Source: a virus (Duplodnaviria > Caudoviricetes). From it: DNA of 57,057 nucleotides. Within the stretch, counting starts at the first letter, position 1, and every line of letters starts with the position of its first letter. The stretch covers positions 1-57,057 of the IMG/VR virus record IMGVR_UViG_3300037502_003469, one strand, 5' to 3'. Below the pieces are notes generated by a model. It saw nothing but the letters and a program-made list of their open reading frames with translations. It was not told the DNA's origin and searched no databases. The translations under genes were made by a program, and so were the position numbers. Below, piece after piece: positions 30,071 through 39,427 of this stretch.

Positions 30071-31411
30071 TCATCTCAAACTTTCTGTTTTAGGTATAAA
30101 GTCCACTTGGTATTTTTGTAAACTTTCCAATAATTCTATGTGAATGTCTAAAAATTTTATTTTTGGAAGGAGAGGAGCATAGAATCTCCAATCACTATTA
30201 AAATTAATATCTATGCCTGCCATGTAATACACAGTATCAGTGTTTTCATCATATAAATCTTCAGATTCCCCGTTCAAGGATACATTTGTTATCATTAAAC
30301 CCTGTGAATCAAATACAGGTTTCAAGTGACCAAAAATTTTAACAGCTAACAAATCTGCGATAATTTCTCTTTGAATAGGGTCACGGCTATATATATCCAT
30401 CGAAAGACTTGTTTCAAAATGCCCTCCATATTCTTGAGCAGCATCTTCCCTTTTATCAGTTACAATAACTACCTGTTTATCTCCTACTTCCACCCAATTA
30501 CTTATGGCTACAACAACTCCAGATAATGCCTGACACAAGGTTTGTTTTTGTATATCAACAGGTCCAATAGAATTACTTTGATACCGATAAAAAACCCGAT
30601 AATTAGCACCTTTGATTAAAGTTGTGCCATTAGTATCGTCAGGATTAATTAACCACGTAATCAACCCTGTATCCAAATTAACATTATAATGAATACCTTC
30701 TCGTAAAACGGTTCTATCATTTTCAAAAATTTCAAAAGTTTTTTGTCGTATAGGAAAATGAGGTAACTGATATGATATTTCATTACCTTTGGCTTCTTTT
30801 ATTACAATTTCATCAAAATTTAACAAAGTATCAATCATTATTTTGTTTGGTTCAACAACTTCAAAATAATAAAGCCCTGCTTGAACTAAATTTCTTCTAT
30901 GGTATTCCACAACAAGTTTGCTTCCTATCGCAGGAGCATAATTCAACACTACTTGTTTTTCTTTTAAGTCTATTACTGGTATAGGATTTCCATTTACATA
31001 AGCCAAAATCTGTTTTGGGCTTGTAGCTAAATCAAGATTACCCTCACCCGAAGTAGGTTGAAAATTTAGTTGAAAAATTCTTTTACTACCGTCAATTTGA
31101 GAAGATAGATCATCCATTTCGTATTTTGTTATGTTTGCAGAATCTTCTCTAACCCAGTCAAAAATCAAACTTTTTTTACCTTTCAGAGAAGCTGTAAAAC
31201 AATGACTCACTACTGTACCGATAAAGTTATCGGAAGATATGGGCATGGAGTTGCCTGAAACATTTTTCACAACAACTCCATACTGAGGTCTTTCATCATA
31301 CGGAAATTTATCAGAAACTTTAAATTTAGAAAGTCCGGGGTATTCTGAGAAAATACCTTTCAGTTCTTCGACAACACGTCTTTTAATTTCTCTTGAGAGA
31401 AAATAATACAC
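30071..31411 (-). CDS. Putative tail terminator/completion protein with inserted beta domains
   Basis: KFPYDERPQYGVVV at the N-terminus and S.DIYSRDP.QRE..ADL...W at the C-terminus; lies upstream of the sheath. Confidence 0.55.
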   Translation of the reverse strand: MYYFLSREIKRRVVEELKGIFSEYPGLSKFKVSDKFPYDERPQYGVVVKNVSGNSMPISSDNFIGTVVSHCFTASLKGKKSLIFDWVREDSANITKYEMDDLSSQIDGSKRIFQLNFQPTSGEGNLDLATSPKQILAYVNGNPIPVIDLKEKQVVLNYAPAIGSKLVVEYHRRNLVQAGLYYFEVVEPNKIMIDTLLNFDEIVIKEAKGNEISYQLPHFPIRQKTFEIFENDRTVLREGIHYNVNLDTGLITWLINPDDTNGTTLIKGANYRVFYRYQSNSIGPVDIQKQTLCQALSGVVVAISNWVEVGDKQVVIVTDKREDAAQEYGGHFETSLSMDIYSRDPIQREIIADLLAVKIFGHLKPVFDSQGLMITNVSLNGESEDLYDENTDTVYYMAGIDINFNSDWRFYAPLLPKIKFLDIHIELLESLQKYQVDFIPKTESLR

Positions 31412-31420
31412 TTTTACCCC

Positions 31421-32467
31421 TTACTCGTGGTTTTGTGCCATGATTAAAAGCCCTCTGGAAACTGCAAATAGAGGATTCTTGGCGTGTCTTATGTCTGTTA
31501 CTGAAAAAGGGAAACCTTTTAATTTTTGAACTTCTTGTCTTACAACTTCCATAAAGTTGATTGGTAGAGAAGTTCCTCCACCAATAACTACAGGAACAGA
31601 TTCAGGGAGATCAATTTGAGCCATTACGTTCTGACTTTTAATTTTTTCTACAAAGTTAGTTAAAGCATAACGAATTAAGGTTTTATAATAAATTGCGATT
31701 GCTTCCTGCTCTCGACCTTTAGGATTTAATAAATCAACACCTTTTTCTTTTACAGCACAAATTTTTGCAGGAGATAGACCTGTTGCTTTGGCGGCTGACT
31801 CATCCACATAATCACCACTTCTAGCAACCGCCATGGTAATTAAAGGAATGGATTTATATGAAAGAGAAGCGTTTACCATTCCTGCACCAAATGACATTGC
31901 AAAACCACTGAACATTGTGTCAGCACACTCTGAATATACAATTGCTTGAGCTTCATTCGCAGGGCAGGCTTGCCAACCTAAAGATTCAACCATTTGACCC
32001 ATAATCATTTCATGATAAGTAACGTCCATATCAGCATCAATGGGAGCAGCAGGCACAGAATAATAACAAGGCGTTCCTGCCACAGGAGCTTCACCAAGAA
32101 CATGTCTAAACAAATGTTTGATTACTTTTTGAGCTTCAATTTCTTGCGGAGAAATTGTTCCTTTACTGAGAGGTCTTCTTAAAGGTTGATTAAATATATT
32201 TGCAATATTTGCAGCATCATCTCCGACAATAATAACTCTATCACCTTCTTCAATGTATGAAATATTTGATAGCTTCAACATCTGTTTTTGCTCTACAGCT
32301 AGTGACACGAAAGCATCCCTAACCCGTAAACTTTTAACTTCATTATTATTTTCATCCAAATGAGAAGCAATGATTGTTCCTGTTCCTATATCTAAACCTT
32401 TACAAAGGTATTTAGGGTCTTTTTGTTTCGGACTTGCTGGTATTTCTTGGTTTTCTAACTGTTCCAT
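31421..32467 (-). CDS. Actin-fold ATPase (MreB/MamK/ParM superfamily)
   Basis: Phosphate-1 GLDIGTGT, VGDDA, RPL.KG.I, connect-1 NEAQA, phosphate-2 SFGAGMVN, GDYVD, adenosine GGGTS, connect-2 P.FAV.RG; AGGAG RBS. Confidence 0.88.
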   Translation of the reverse strand: MEQLENQEIPASPKQKDPKYLCKGLDIGTGTIIASHLDENNNEVKSLRVRDAFVSLAVEQKQMLKLSNISYIEEGDRVIIVGDDAANIANIFNQPLRRPLSKGTISPQEIEAQKVIKHLFRHVLGEAPVAGTPCYYSVPAAPIDADMDVTYHEMIMGQMVESLGWQACPANEAQAIVYSECADTMFSGFAMSFGAGMVNASLSYKSIPLITMAVARSGDYVDESAAKATGLSPAKICAVKEKGVDLLNPKGREQEAIAIYYKTLIRYALTNFVEKIKSQNVMAQIDLPESVPVVIGGGTSLPINFMEVVRQEVQKLKGFPFSVTDIRHAKNPLFAVSRGLLIMAQNHE

Positions 32468-32476
32468 TTATATCTC

Positions 32477-33301
32477 CTATTTTTTCATTTGATTTTTTAA
32501 TTTTTTCAATGCTGCTAACGCATCATCTACGCTTCCTGACTGTGTTTGTTGAGTTACAATTTTAGAATCTTTAACATTCAAATCCTCTACTTTAGGAACA
32601 TATTTTTCTTCAAAGTCTTGTATTCTAAAACCCTCACTTTGATTTTCAATTCTTCCTGTTCCTGAGTTATTATAGATAACTTGCGTCTTTGTGTTTTCTA
32701 AAGTCTTCTGAATTTGTGAAAGAAGCTCTACAGTTTTTTGAGATTCTTGAGGCTGTTGAGACAAACTTAAACTTCTAATTTCTTGTAAAAGAGCAGTAAA
32801 TAATTGAGAGTTATCTGTTTTGTTGATCTGCTCAACTATTTGTTTTTGCTGTTCTTGTAAGGCAGACAAAGCTTGATAAAACGGAGACATATCAATCTTA
32901 ACATCTTCTTTTTTAACTTCTTTGTTTTCCTTAACTTCTTGTTTTAAAGAATCATAAGATTGCTGTACACTTCGTAAAAATATAGCCTGCTTTTCTAAAA
33001 CCTGATTTAAAACGGCAGGGTCGATTCCAGAGACTTCTTTTACTATTTCTCTACTAGATGGATTAACAATTTCATTTTGACGCTGAACATTATTTTTTTC
33101 CGTCATTTTTTTTGCTTCAAGAGTATTGTAAAGCAGAGCTTTTCTGTCGGCAGAAATCACCCACTTATTTTTCAAAGCAAATTTAAAATTTGGGTTAGCC
33201 GTTTGCCAGTCAGCCAAATTTACGGTTTCTCCGAAATTTAACCTAATTCCTAAGCCATCAATTACAACGTAGGGTTTTACATTACCTTTAAATAGTGCCA
33301 T
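32477..33301 (-). CDS. Coiled-coil protein upstream of the actin homologue
   Basis: Q/E/L-rich heptad helices; C-terminal VDDALAALKKLK; 9-nt gap to the actin gene. Confidence 0.7.
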   Translation of the reverse strand: MALFKGNVKPYVVIDGLGIRLNFGETVNLADWQTANPNFKFALKNKWVISADRKALLYNTLEAKKMTEKNNVQRQNEIVNPSSREIVKEVSGIDPAVLNQVLEKQAIFLRSVQQSYDSLKQEVKENKEVKKEDVKIDMSPFYQALSALQEQQKQIVEQINKTDNSQLFTALLQEIRSLSLSQQPQESQKTVELLSQIQKTLENTKTQVIYNNSGTGRIENQSEGFRIQDFEEKYVPKVEDLNVKDSKIVTQQTQSGSVDDALAALKKLKNQMKK

Positions 33302-33367
33302 TCTTAACTCATTTGGGAAAAGTTACATATAATACATTGTAGTTGTAAATTATTGAAAGGAGTCATT

Positions 33368-33667
33368 ATGCAAGAATTAACAAAAGAAGTTAAAGTTTTG
33401 GTTATAGATAACCTCGGTATCGTTATGGGAAATATCACCGTAAAAGATGACATGTACATTGTCACAAACCCGTTATTTTTAAGCCCAAGTCAAAACGGTA
33501 TCGCTATGCAAAATAACCCTCTGTTTGAAGATGAATTAACAGTATCTAAGCAATACGTAGTAGCTGTATCGAATCCTAAAATTGATGTAATTGAAAAATA
33601 TGAAGCTTACAGAACCCAAAAATCCACAGGGATTATCATGCCTCCTAAGTCTAAACTTCAACTTTAA
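33368..33667 (+). CDS. Sm-like/SH3-fold small protein of the type found in T4-like phages
   Basis: ATG at 33368 after AAGGAG; V.G......NP......NP...E.Y.....GI..P pattern. Confidence 0.5.
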   Translation: MQELTKEVKVLVIDNLGIVMGNITVKDDMYIVTNPLFLSPSQNGIAMQNNPLFEDELTVSKQYVVAVSNPKIDVIEKYEAYRTQKSTGIIMPPKSKLQL

Positions 33668-33675
33668 GGTTTTTT

Positions 33676-34131
33676 ATGTCTTTTAATTTATATGAAATGT
33701 TTCAAAAATATGGAGTAGCTCACTTACAGCCTTGGGAGGCTTACAGACTAGAGAATAACCTGTTAGTCAAAATTGACCCCTCTTCTGACACAAAATACCC
33801 TTTTAACGTAGGCGATAATTTTGAATTTGTTTCATACAATATGTACAAAGCAGGGCATCCTTTATTTGTTCACAATCTTTCATCAAGCGTTATGGAGTCA
33901 TTTCAAATTAATGTGAAAAATTTTGATGAAAATAGTAATCCAGATTACATTTTATACAAATCTAAAATTGTTGAAAAAGTGGATTTAATTAAAGTTATTG
34001 ATTTAGATAATCCAAAATTTGATTTTGATTTGTTAGCCTTTACTTTGAATGGTCTTCCATTATTTTCAGAATTAATAGCTTTTATGTTTAAAGAAATTTC
34101 AACTGCAAAAAACAGAGGTTTTCATGCTTAA
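33676..34131 (+). CDS. Hypothetical protein
   Basis: 151-aa ORF in a tightly packed operon. Confidence 0.7.
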   Translation: MSFNLYEMFQKYGVAHLQPWEAYRLENNLLVKIDPSSDTKYPFNVGDNFEFVSYNMYKAGHPLFVHNLSSSVMESFQINVKNFDENSNPDYILYKSKIVEKVDLIKVIDLDNPKFDFDLLAFTLNGLPLFSELIAFMFKEISTAKNRGFHA

Positions 34132-34750
34132 TAAAAAGTATTATTTTTTCCATGACACTGAAACAGGTGGATTAGACAACGGATTACATAAATTATTAGA
34201 ACTAGGTTCCGCTATCTATGACGAGGATGGTAACGAATTAGAACATTTTCAAGAGTTTTTAAATCCTCTTGAGGAAAATTATAAAAAAGTCACACTATAT
34301 GCTTTAAAAGTTAATAACTGTTTTTCACGAAGAGGTGACATGCCTTATGAAGATAGTCTTTCAGTAGCTAGAAGATATGCTGAGTGGTGTGTTTCAGTTG
34401 TAAAAAAATATAACCCTGTTTTAGTGGGACAAAATATTAATTTTGATGTGGGTTTCACAAATGAGTTTATGAGCGAGCACGGATTTCTTGGCTGGGGCGA
34501 ACTCTTTTCTTATCACCGTGTAGATACGTGTGTTCTAGGTTATCAACTAATAGATTCTGGTATAGTACAGGCAAAAAGCCCCTCCCTAAAAAATTTGAGC
34601 GATTTTTTTCAAATCGAAAATCCTTGTGCTCACGGAGCATTAGAGGATGCGAGGACTACCGCAAAAGTTTACTTTAGGATGAAGAACATTTTCAAAGAGT
34701 TTAAGCAGTTAAAAGATGAAAAAAGTATCAATAATAACTCCAACTTATAA
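34124..34750 (+). CDS. DEDDh 3'-5' exonuclease (DnaQ-like)
   Basis: ExoI DTETGG, ExoII GQNINFD, ExoIII HGALEDA. Confidence 0.92.
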   Translation: MLNKKYYFFHDTETGGLDNGLHKLLELGSAIYDEDGNELEHFQEFLNPLEENYKKVTLYALKVNNCFSRRGDMPYEDSLSVARRYAEWCVSVVKKYNPVLVGQNINFDVGFTNEFMSEHGFLGWGELFSYHRVDTCVLGYQLIDSGIVQAKSPSLKNLSDFFQIENPCAHGALEDARTTAKVYFRMKNIFKEFKQLKDEKSINNNSNL

Positions 34751-36953
34751 CGGATTAAATGTTTTAAAAACATGCGTTCAGTCAATACAGACACATTTAA
34801 GTTCTATTGATTGGGAATGGATTATTGGAGAAAACAGTTCTTCTGACGGCTCTTTAGAGTGGTTACAGTCTCTCAAAGACTCCAGAATAAAAATTATTGA
34901 GAGAACTAATGAAGGTAACTTCAGTAGTATGAATAATTATCTAGCAGGGCAAGCAAGTGGTAAATATTTATTATTTTTAAATAATGATACTGAAGCTACA
35001 GATGATTTTTTAACCCCAATGTTAAACCTCATAGAAAATGATGATTCAGTTGGCATAGTTGGAGCTAATCTTTTCTACCCAAATGGAGAACTTCAACACG
35101 GTGGGGTTTTAATTGATAAAAATCTATCACCTGTAAATATAAGTGACCCTTTGTATAGAAATATTAAAACTCTCAATAAACAAACACACTTAAAAACTAG
35201 GGAATATCAGTCTGTTACAGGAGCATGTCTCTTAATTAGAGCAAAAGACTTTGAAGATGTTTGGGGTTTTGATGCTAACTATAATTGGGCTTACGAAGAT
35301 GTTGACCTGTGTTTAAAAATTAAATATCACAAGATGAAAAAAATCGTTGGTTGCTCACATTCCAATTTAAGACATTACGAAAGTTATTCCAAGGCTAATC
35401 CTAATTTGCCTAAAAATTTTGAATTTTTTAAAACTAGATGGAAGCACGTTATAAAATCAGACGTATCCGATTTTTCACATGATATAAATTCCTATGCTAA
35501 AAATTCTAAAATTTATGAAATGACTTTTGTTGTATGTACTCACGATATAGCTCTTTTAAACGAATGTTTGATCTCGTCACTTTTGAAGCAAGTAAACCAA
35601 AATTTTGATCTCAAAGTTATATACAATTTTGATAATAGATATTCGTCAGTGAAAGCATTGAACAAAGGTATTAGAGATTCCAAAACAGATTTTGTGATTT
35701 GTACGCATCATGATGTCATTTATAACAAAAAATGGACTCAAGATTTTTTGCGAGAAATTTCAAAGTATCAAGGTTTCGGAGTTGCAGGTCTAGCAGGGGT
35801 GAAGTGGCTTAGAACCCCTATTCATAAAGGCGTTCCAGTAGAACCTAAAGAAAAAATTTGGGTTCATTGCTATGGAGAAATAACATACCCTTACGAAGGA
35901 AAAGATCATAAATACGGTCAATTTTCAGAAGGTATAGTTGATGTAGTAGATGAGCTTTGTATAATAATCCGAAAGAGTAACGAGATATATTTTGATGAAT
36001 ATACCTTATCAGATTTTCATTTTTATGGACCAGATATATCCTTAATTTCAAAAAATAAAGGAATGTTCAACGCAGTCATTAATTGCCCAGCTTACCATAA
36101 AAGTGATGGTACATCTTCAACTAAAAACGGGCTGGATAGGTATTGGCAAGAGTTCAAGAAAGTACATGACAAATGGAAAAATATATTTCCAACAGTTGTT
36201 ACAACAACAGGATATTGGCATAAAGGTAGCACACATACTTTTATAAAAATAAAAGAAACTAAAAATAAAAACACAACTCCAGTACAATCAATTAATTTAG
36301 AAGCTGATACGACTCAAAGATTTGAAATTAAAAATTATAGAAAAGATTACCCAATAGTATGGTTTTTAAACGATGAGAAAATTTCTCATTCAGGACATTT
36401 TTATATTTTTTCAAGCAAGAATAAAGGAATATACCGTCTTTCGTGTAATTTTGTAGATAACAACGGAAATAACTCTTATCAAGAATGGTTGATTCAAGTT
36501 ACTGAAAAAGAAGACAATCAAGTTATACTTGGGATGCAACAAAATTTTCACACACATAACTTTGGAGAAATTTTTGGAAATAAAAAAATATCTCAGGAAG
36601 TTTTCATAGATTCTCCGAACCTATGTAGAATAGATTTATTTTTAGGCACTTTTTCCAGAAAAAATTATTGTAATTTATTTTTGTCTATAACAAATTCTTT
36701 AAGCGGAGATTTGCTACGTTTCTCTTCAGTAGGCTGTGACAATATACAGGATAACGACTGGTTTAGTTTTTATTTTAATCCTATAGACGTACAAGGTAAA
36801 AAAATATTCATAAATATAGAGTGTAAAAATGGCTCGTTCGGTAATTCTATTACAGCCTATTTTGTAAACCATACATTCAACTTCGGCTCTTTATATTTTA
36901 ACAACAAAAAAATAAACGGATGTCTGAGTTTCAGACTGTTTTTCAAGAAATGA
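34716..36953 (+). CDS. Tandem GT2 + GT2-like glycosyltransferase with C-terminal beta-sandwich domains
   Basis: VSIITPTYN, FLNNDT, QHGG, VTGACLL, EDVDLCL; second domain THHDV, GVAG.AG, VDE, FDE, FHFYG.D; beta-rich C-terminus. Confidence 0.88.
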   Translation: MKKVSIITPTYNGLNVLKTCVQSIQTHLSSIDWEWIIGENSSSDGSLEWLQSLKDSRIKIIERTNEGNFSSMNNYLAGQASGKYLLFLNNDTEATDDFLTPMLNLIENDDSVGIVGANLFYPNGELQHGGVLIDKNLSPVNISDPLYRNIKTLNKQTHLKTREYQSVTGACLLIRAKDFEDVWGFDANYNWAYEDVDLCLKIKYHKMKKIVGCSHSNLRHYESYSKANPNLPKNFEFFKTRWKHVIKSDVSDFSHDINSYAKNSKIYEMTFVVCTHDIALLNECLISSLLKQVNQNFDLKVIYNFDNRYSSVKALNKGIRDSKTDFVICTHHDVIYNKKWTQDFLREISKYQGFGVAGLAGVKWLRTPIHKGVPVEPKEKIWVHCYGEITYPYEGKDHKYGQFSEGIVDVVDELCIIIRKSNEIYFDEYTLSDFHFYGPDISLISKNKGMFNAVINCPAYHKSDGTSSTKNGLDRYWQEFKKVHDKWKNIFPTVVTTTGYWHKGSTHTFIKIKETKNKNTTPVQSINLEADTTQRFEIKNYRKDYPIVWFLNDEKISHSGHFYIFSSKNKGIYRLSCNFVDNNGNNSYQEWLIQVTEKEDNQVILGMQQNFHTHNFGEIFGNKKISQEVFIDSPNLCRIDLFLGTFSRKNYCNLFLSITNSLSGDLLRFSSVGCDNIQDNDWFSFYFNPIDVQGKKIFINIECKNGSFGNSITAYFVNHTFNFGSLYFNNKKINGCLSFRLFFKK

Positions 36954-37134
36954 CATTTTCTTACATTACACAATTACCCACATATAACGCTATGCTTAAT
37001 TCAAAAGTTAGAAGGTGTTAGACTAATTACTTACTATAAAGATTGATTAAAGCGATTATTTTCCTTACACTTTTTCCACACAATTTTAGTTTTTGGTAAT
37101 CTTTCAGAAGAGATTGCTGAGATTGGAGATAAAC

Positions 37135-37353
37135 ATGGAAGTAATAACTTTTTCAAATTTTGCAAAAAGCAAGTACAAGAGAAAACTCGCAGTATGTAAT
37201 ACTTATCAAGAGTTACATGGGAAACAGCTTCAAAAATGGTGTAATAGATGCACTAAAAAAAATACATCCAGTTGCCCGTTAGAAGCGACCACAGGGTTTC
37301 AAGCACAAGTAATTAAATTATATCCTAAAAAGATAACTGTAGCTTCTTGTTAG
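37135..37353 (+). CDS. Small Cys-containing hypothetical protein
   Basis: ATG at 37135 after GGAG; C..CxxC..C pattern. Confidence 0.55.
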   Translation: MEVITFSNFAKSKYKRKLAVCNTYQELHGKQLQKWCNRCTKKNTSSCPLEATTGFQAQVIKLYPKKITVASC

Positions 37354-38201
37354 CTACTTCTCGTACTCAGATGAAGCATACCAACAGTCAGGTCTTAGAC
37401 CTATTTCAAAATTCTCAATCGCTGTACAGTAAGCCTTTTTGACATCTTCCGCATCTGTCAGTTCATCCATATCATTAATACACAAAGCTCCTTGGAAATA
37501 GGTATCCATTCTACATTGAGCGTTAGGGTGATTATGATTTGTTTTAACTACTTTACGTGTATCAGGTTTACTAAAAAATACTTCAGCGTTTCCAGACAAA
37601 GAGCCTAAAAGTCGAGCTAAGGATTTCCCAGCTAAAGCCGCTCTAAAACAGATAGCTCTATGTTTAAAGGTTTTATGAACTAATCTGCATTGATTTTTTG
37701 CAAACAACTCTTCTTCGTCGGTTATCTCTTTTCTGTTTGAGATAAAAATTTTCTCAGGCATTTTGTCGTAGCATAATAATCAGATTGACCTTCATTTGAT
37801 GCCCACGAGATACCATTAAAGGCAGGCTTTCTCGGTGCTCCTGCTATATGATGACCAATTTCATGACATATAACAGCACGAAAACCATCAAGAGTGGTTT
37901 CTTTATGCCTCGCTAAACCTCCGTACATGCTCACTTTCCAGACTTTACCGACTTGTTGAGCAAAAGCATTTACTGTACCATCTTGCCATTTAGCATCAAT
38001 TACTAATTCAGAGTCATAATTATTTTTAAAAATAGGAGAGTAGATATTTTTCATGTCTTCTACAGCTTTTAAAAAATCTTCCTCTGTTATTGTTGAGGAA
38101 GTTTTAACATAACTTGGAATGTAGAGATCATTTTTTGGTAAATCGGCTTTTACTGAAGTAATAAAAAAAGAAAAAACTATAAATATCAATATATTTTTCA
38201 A
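37354..38201 (-). pseudogene. Secreted zinc metallopeptidase (HEXXH, M48-like) split by a -1 frameshift near 37722-37761
   Basis: Signal peptide MKNILIFIVFSFFITSVKA; VNA.A, GGLARH, CHEIGH and EGQSDYYA in the first ORF; Cys-rich half with HP.AQCR.DT in the overlapping -1 frame. Confidence 0.7.
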
Positions 38202-38222
38202 GAAAACTCCAAATTTATATTT

Positions 38223-38245
38223 AGCCTGCCGATAATCGACAGGCT
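38223..38245 (-). terminator. Intergenic stem-loop
   Basis: AGCCTGTCGA-TTA-TCGGCAGGCT, a 10-bp stem with one G-U pair and no U tract. Confidence 0.45.
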
Positions 38246-38253
38246 TATTTTAA

Positions 38254-38520
38254 TTAAAGATCGTTTGCATAATCTCTTTCTTCATCAAGAGCTTTTGCTA
38301 ATTGACCGCTAGTAGAAAAATAATTTTTTGTATATTTTGCTTTTCCTACAGGAAGACGAATACCTGAAGGCATTTTTTCATCTGTGTAAAATTTAAAGCC
38401 ATCAATTTCATACTCGTATAGTTTTGAAGAAGCAGCAACTTTATCTGACTCTACTCCAAAAACTTCTAGTTCGTAAGCAAGCTCACGAATCTCACTTGCA
38501 ATTTTTTCAAATTTATTCAT
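38254..38520 (-). CDS. Small protein, tandem paralogue B
   Basis: SKLYEYEIDGFKFYTDEKMPSGIRLPVGKA. Confidence 0.8.
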   Translation of the reverse strand: MNKFEKIASEIRELAYELEVFGVESDKVAASSKLYEYEIDGFKFYTDEKMPSGIRLPVGKAKYTKNYFSTSGQLAKALDEERDYANDL

Positions 38521-38752
38521 TTGATTCTCCTTTATTTGATTCTTCTAAAGATTTTGATAGTTCACCAGTTGTATTGAAAAAGTTTTTAGTAAATTCAGCT
38601 TTACCTACAGGTAATCTAATACCTGAAGGCATTTTTTCTGAACTATAAAATTTAAAGCCTTCTATTTCATATTCATATAATTTTGAAGCAGATGAATATT
38701 TATCTAACTTATCCGCAATATCGTTAATTTTTTTTGCTAATTTTTTAAACAT
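38513..38752 (-). CDS. Small protein, tandem paralogue A
   Basis: SKLYEYEIEGFKFYSSEKMPSGIRLPVGKA. Confidence 0.8.
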   Translation of the reverse strand: MFKKLAKKINDIADKLDKYSSASKLYEYEIEGFKFYSSEKMPSGIRLPVGKAEFTKNFFNTTGELSKSLEESNKGESNE

Positions 38753-38753
38753 C

Positions 38754-39404
38754 TTAATTTCCTGTTACAAATATTTCAACAGTCATAGAAGTAGCAGGAG
38801 AGGCTATTGCCCCAGACGTGATAAAAATTTTTGAAATTAAAAGAGATTGTTTCGGTAATTCAAAAACACTTCCAGATTTTATAGTTGTCGCATCATTGGC
38901 TATTGAATTAAATTTCAATGAAACATCTGCCCCAATTGGAGAAACTCTCAAATAGTTTGCATTTCTTCCAAGCAGTCTTGAAATATCCAAATCTGCTTCT
39001 TCTGAAGACCCAAGAGTTAATATAAAATTTTTATATACTGGAGAATTGTTATCAGTAAGTCTGTTATTTATAACATCATCTAAAGAATCTACTGAAACTG
39101 CTAAAGATTCTTCTATATCAGTCTCATCTCCATTAGAATCAATTCCAGTGATTTTAAAAAAATAAGGAGCAGATGCTCCAGAAGAACCTGTTAGTGATAT
39201 GGAAGTACGAGATACTTTTGCCAGCACATTGCCCGGAGTAAACGGGTGAGCTTTATTTGGAATATTGTATTCTACAATAGAATATTCTCCATCAAAAGAA
39301 GAACTTCCGTAGAGATTAAATTTAATAAAATCATTGTCTTGGGCAAACCAATTTAACATGATTTCTTGAGAATTTACATTAAAGACATTTATTTCTGGTA
39401 ACAT
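38754..39404 (-). CDS. Putative virion protein with FN3-like and C-terminal beta domains
   Basis: L.W....FNLY.S...G.Y...YFFKITGID..G.E FN3-like pattern. Confidence 0.55.
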   Translation of the reverse strand: MLPEINVFNVNSQEIMLNWFAQDNDFIKFNLYGSSSFDGEYSIVEYNIPNKAHPFTPGNVLAKVSRTSISLTGSSGASAPYFFKITGIDSNGDETDIEESLAVSVDSLDDVINNRLTDNNSPVYKNFILTLGSSEEADLDISRLLGRNANYLRVSPIGADVSLKFNSIANDATTIKSGSVFELPKQSLLISKIFITSGAIASPATSMTVEIFVTGN

Positions 39405-39427
39405 ATAAACCTACTTAAATTATTTAA

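Noticed and set aside
9554-31411. Extracellular contractile injection system or tailocin interpretation
   Set aside because: Capsid, scaffold, protease and neck genes are present in the same orientation, so this is a phage
36954-37134. Largest unassigned gap as a possible tRNA or ncRNA
   Set aside because: AT-rich, with no cloverleaf or stable stem visible
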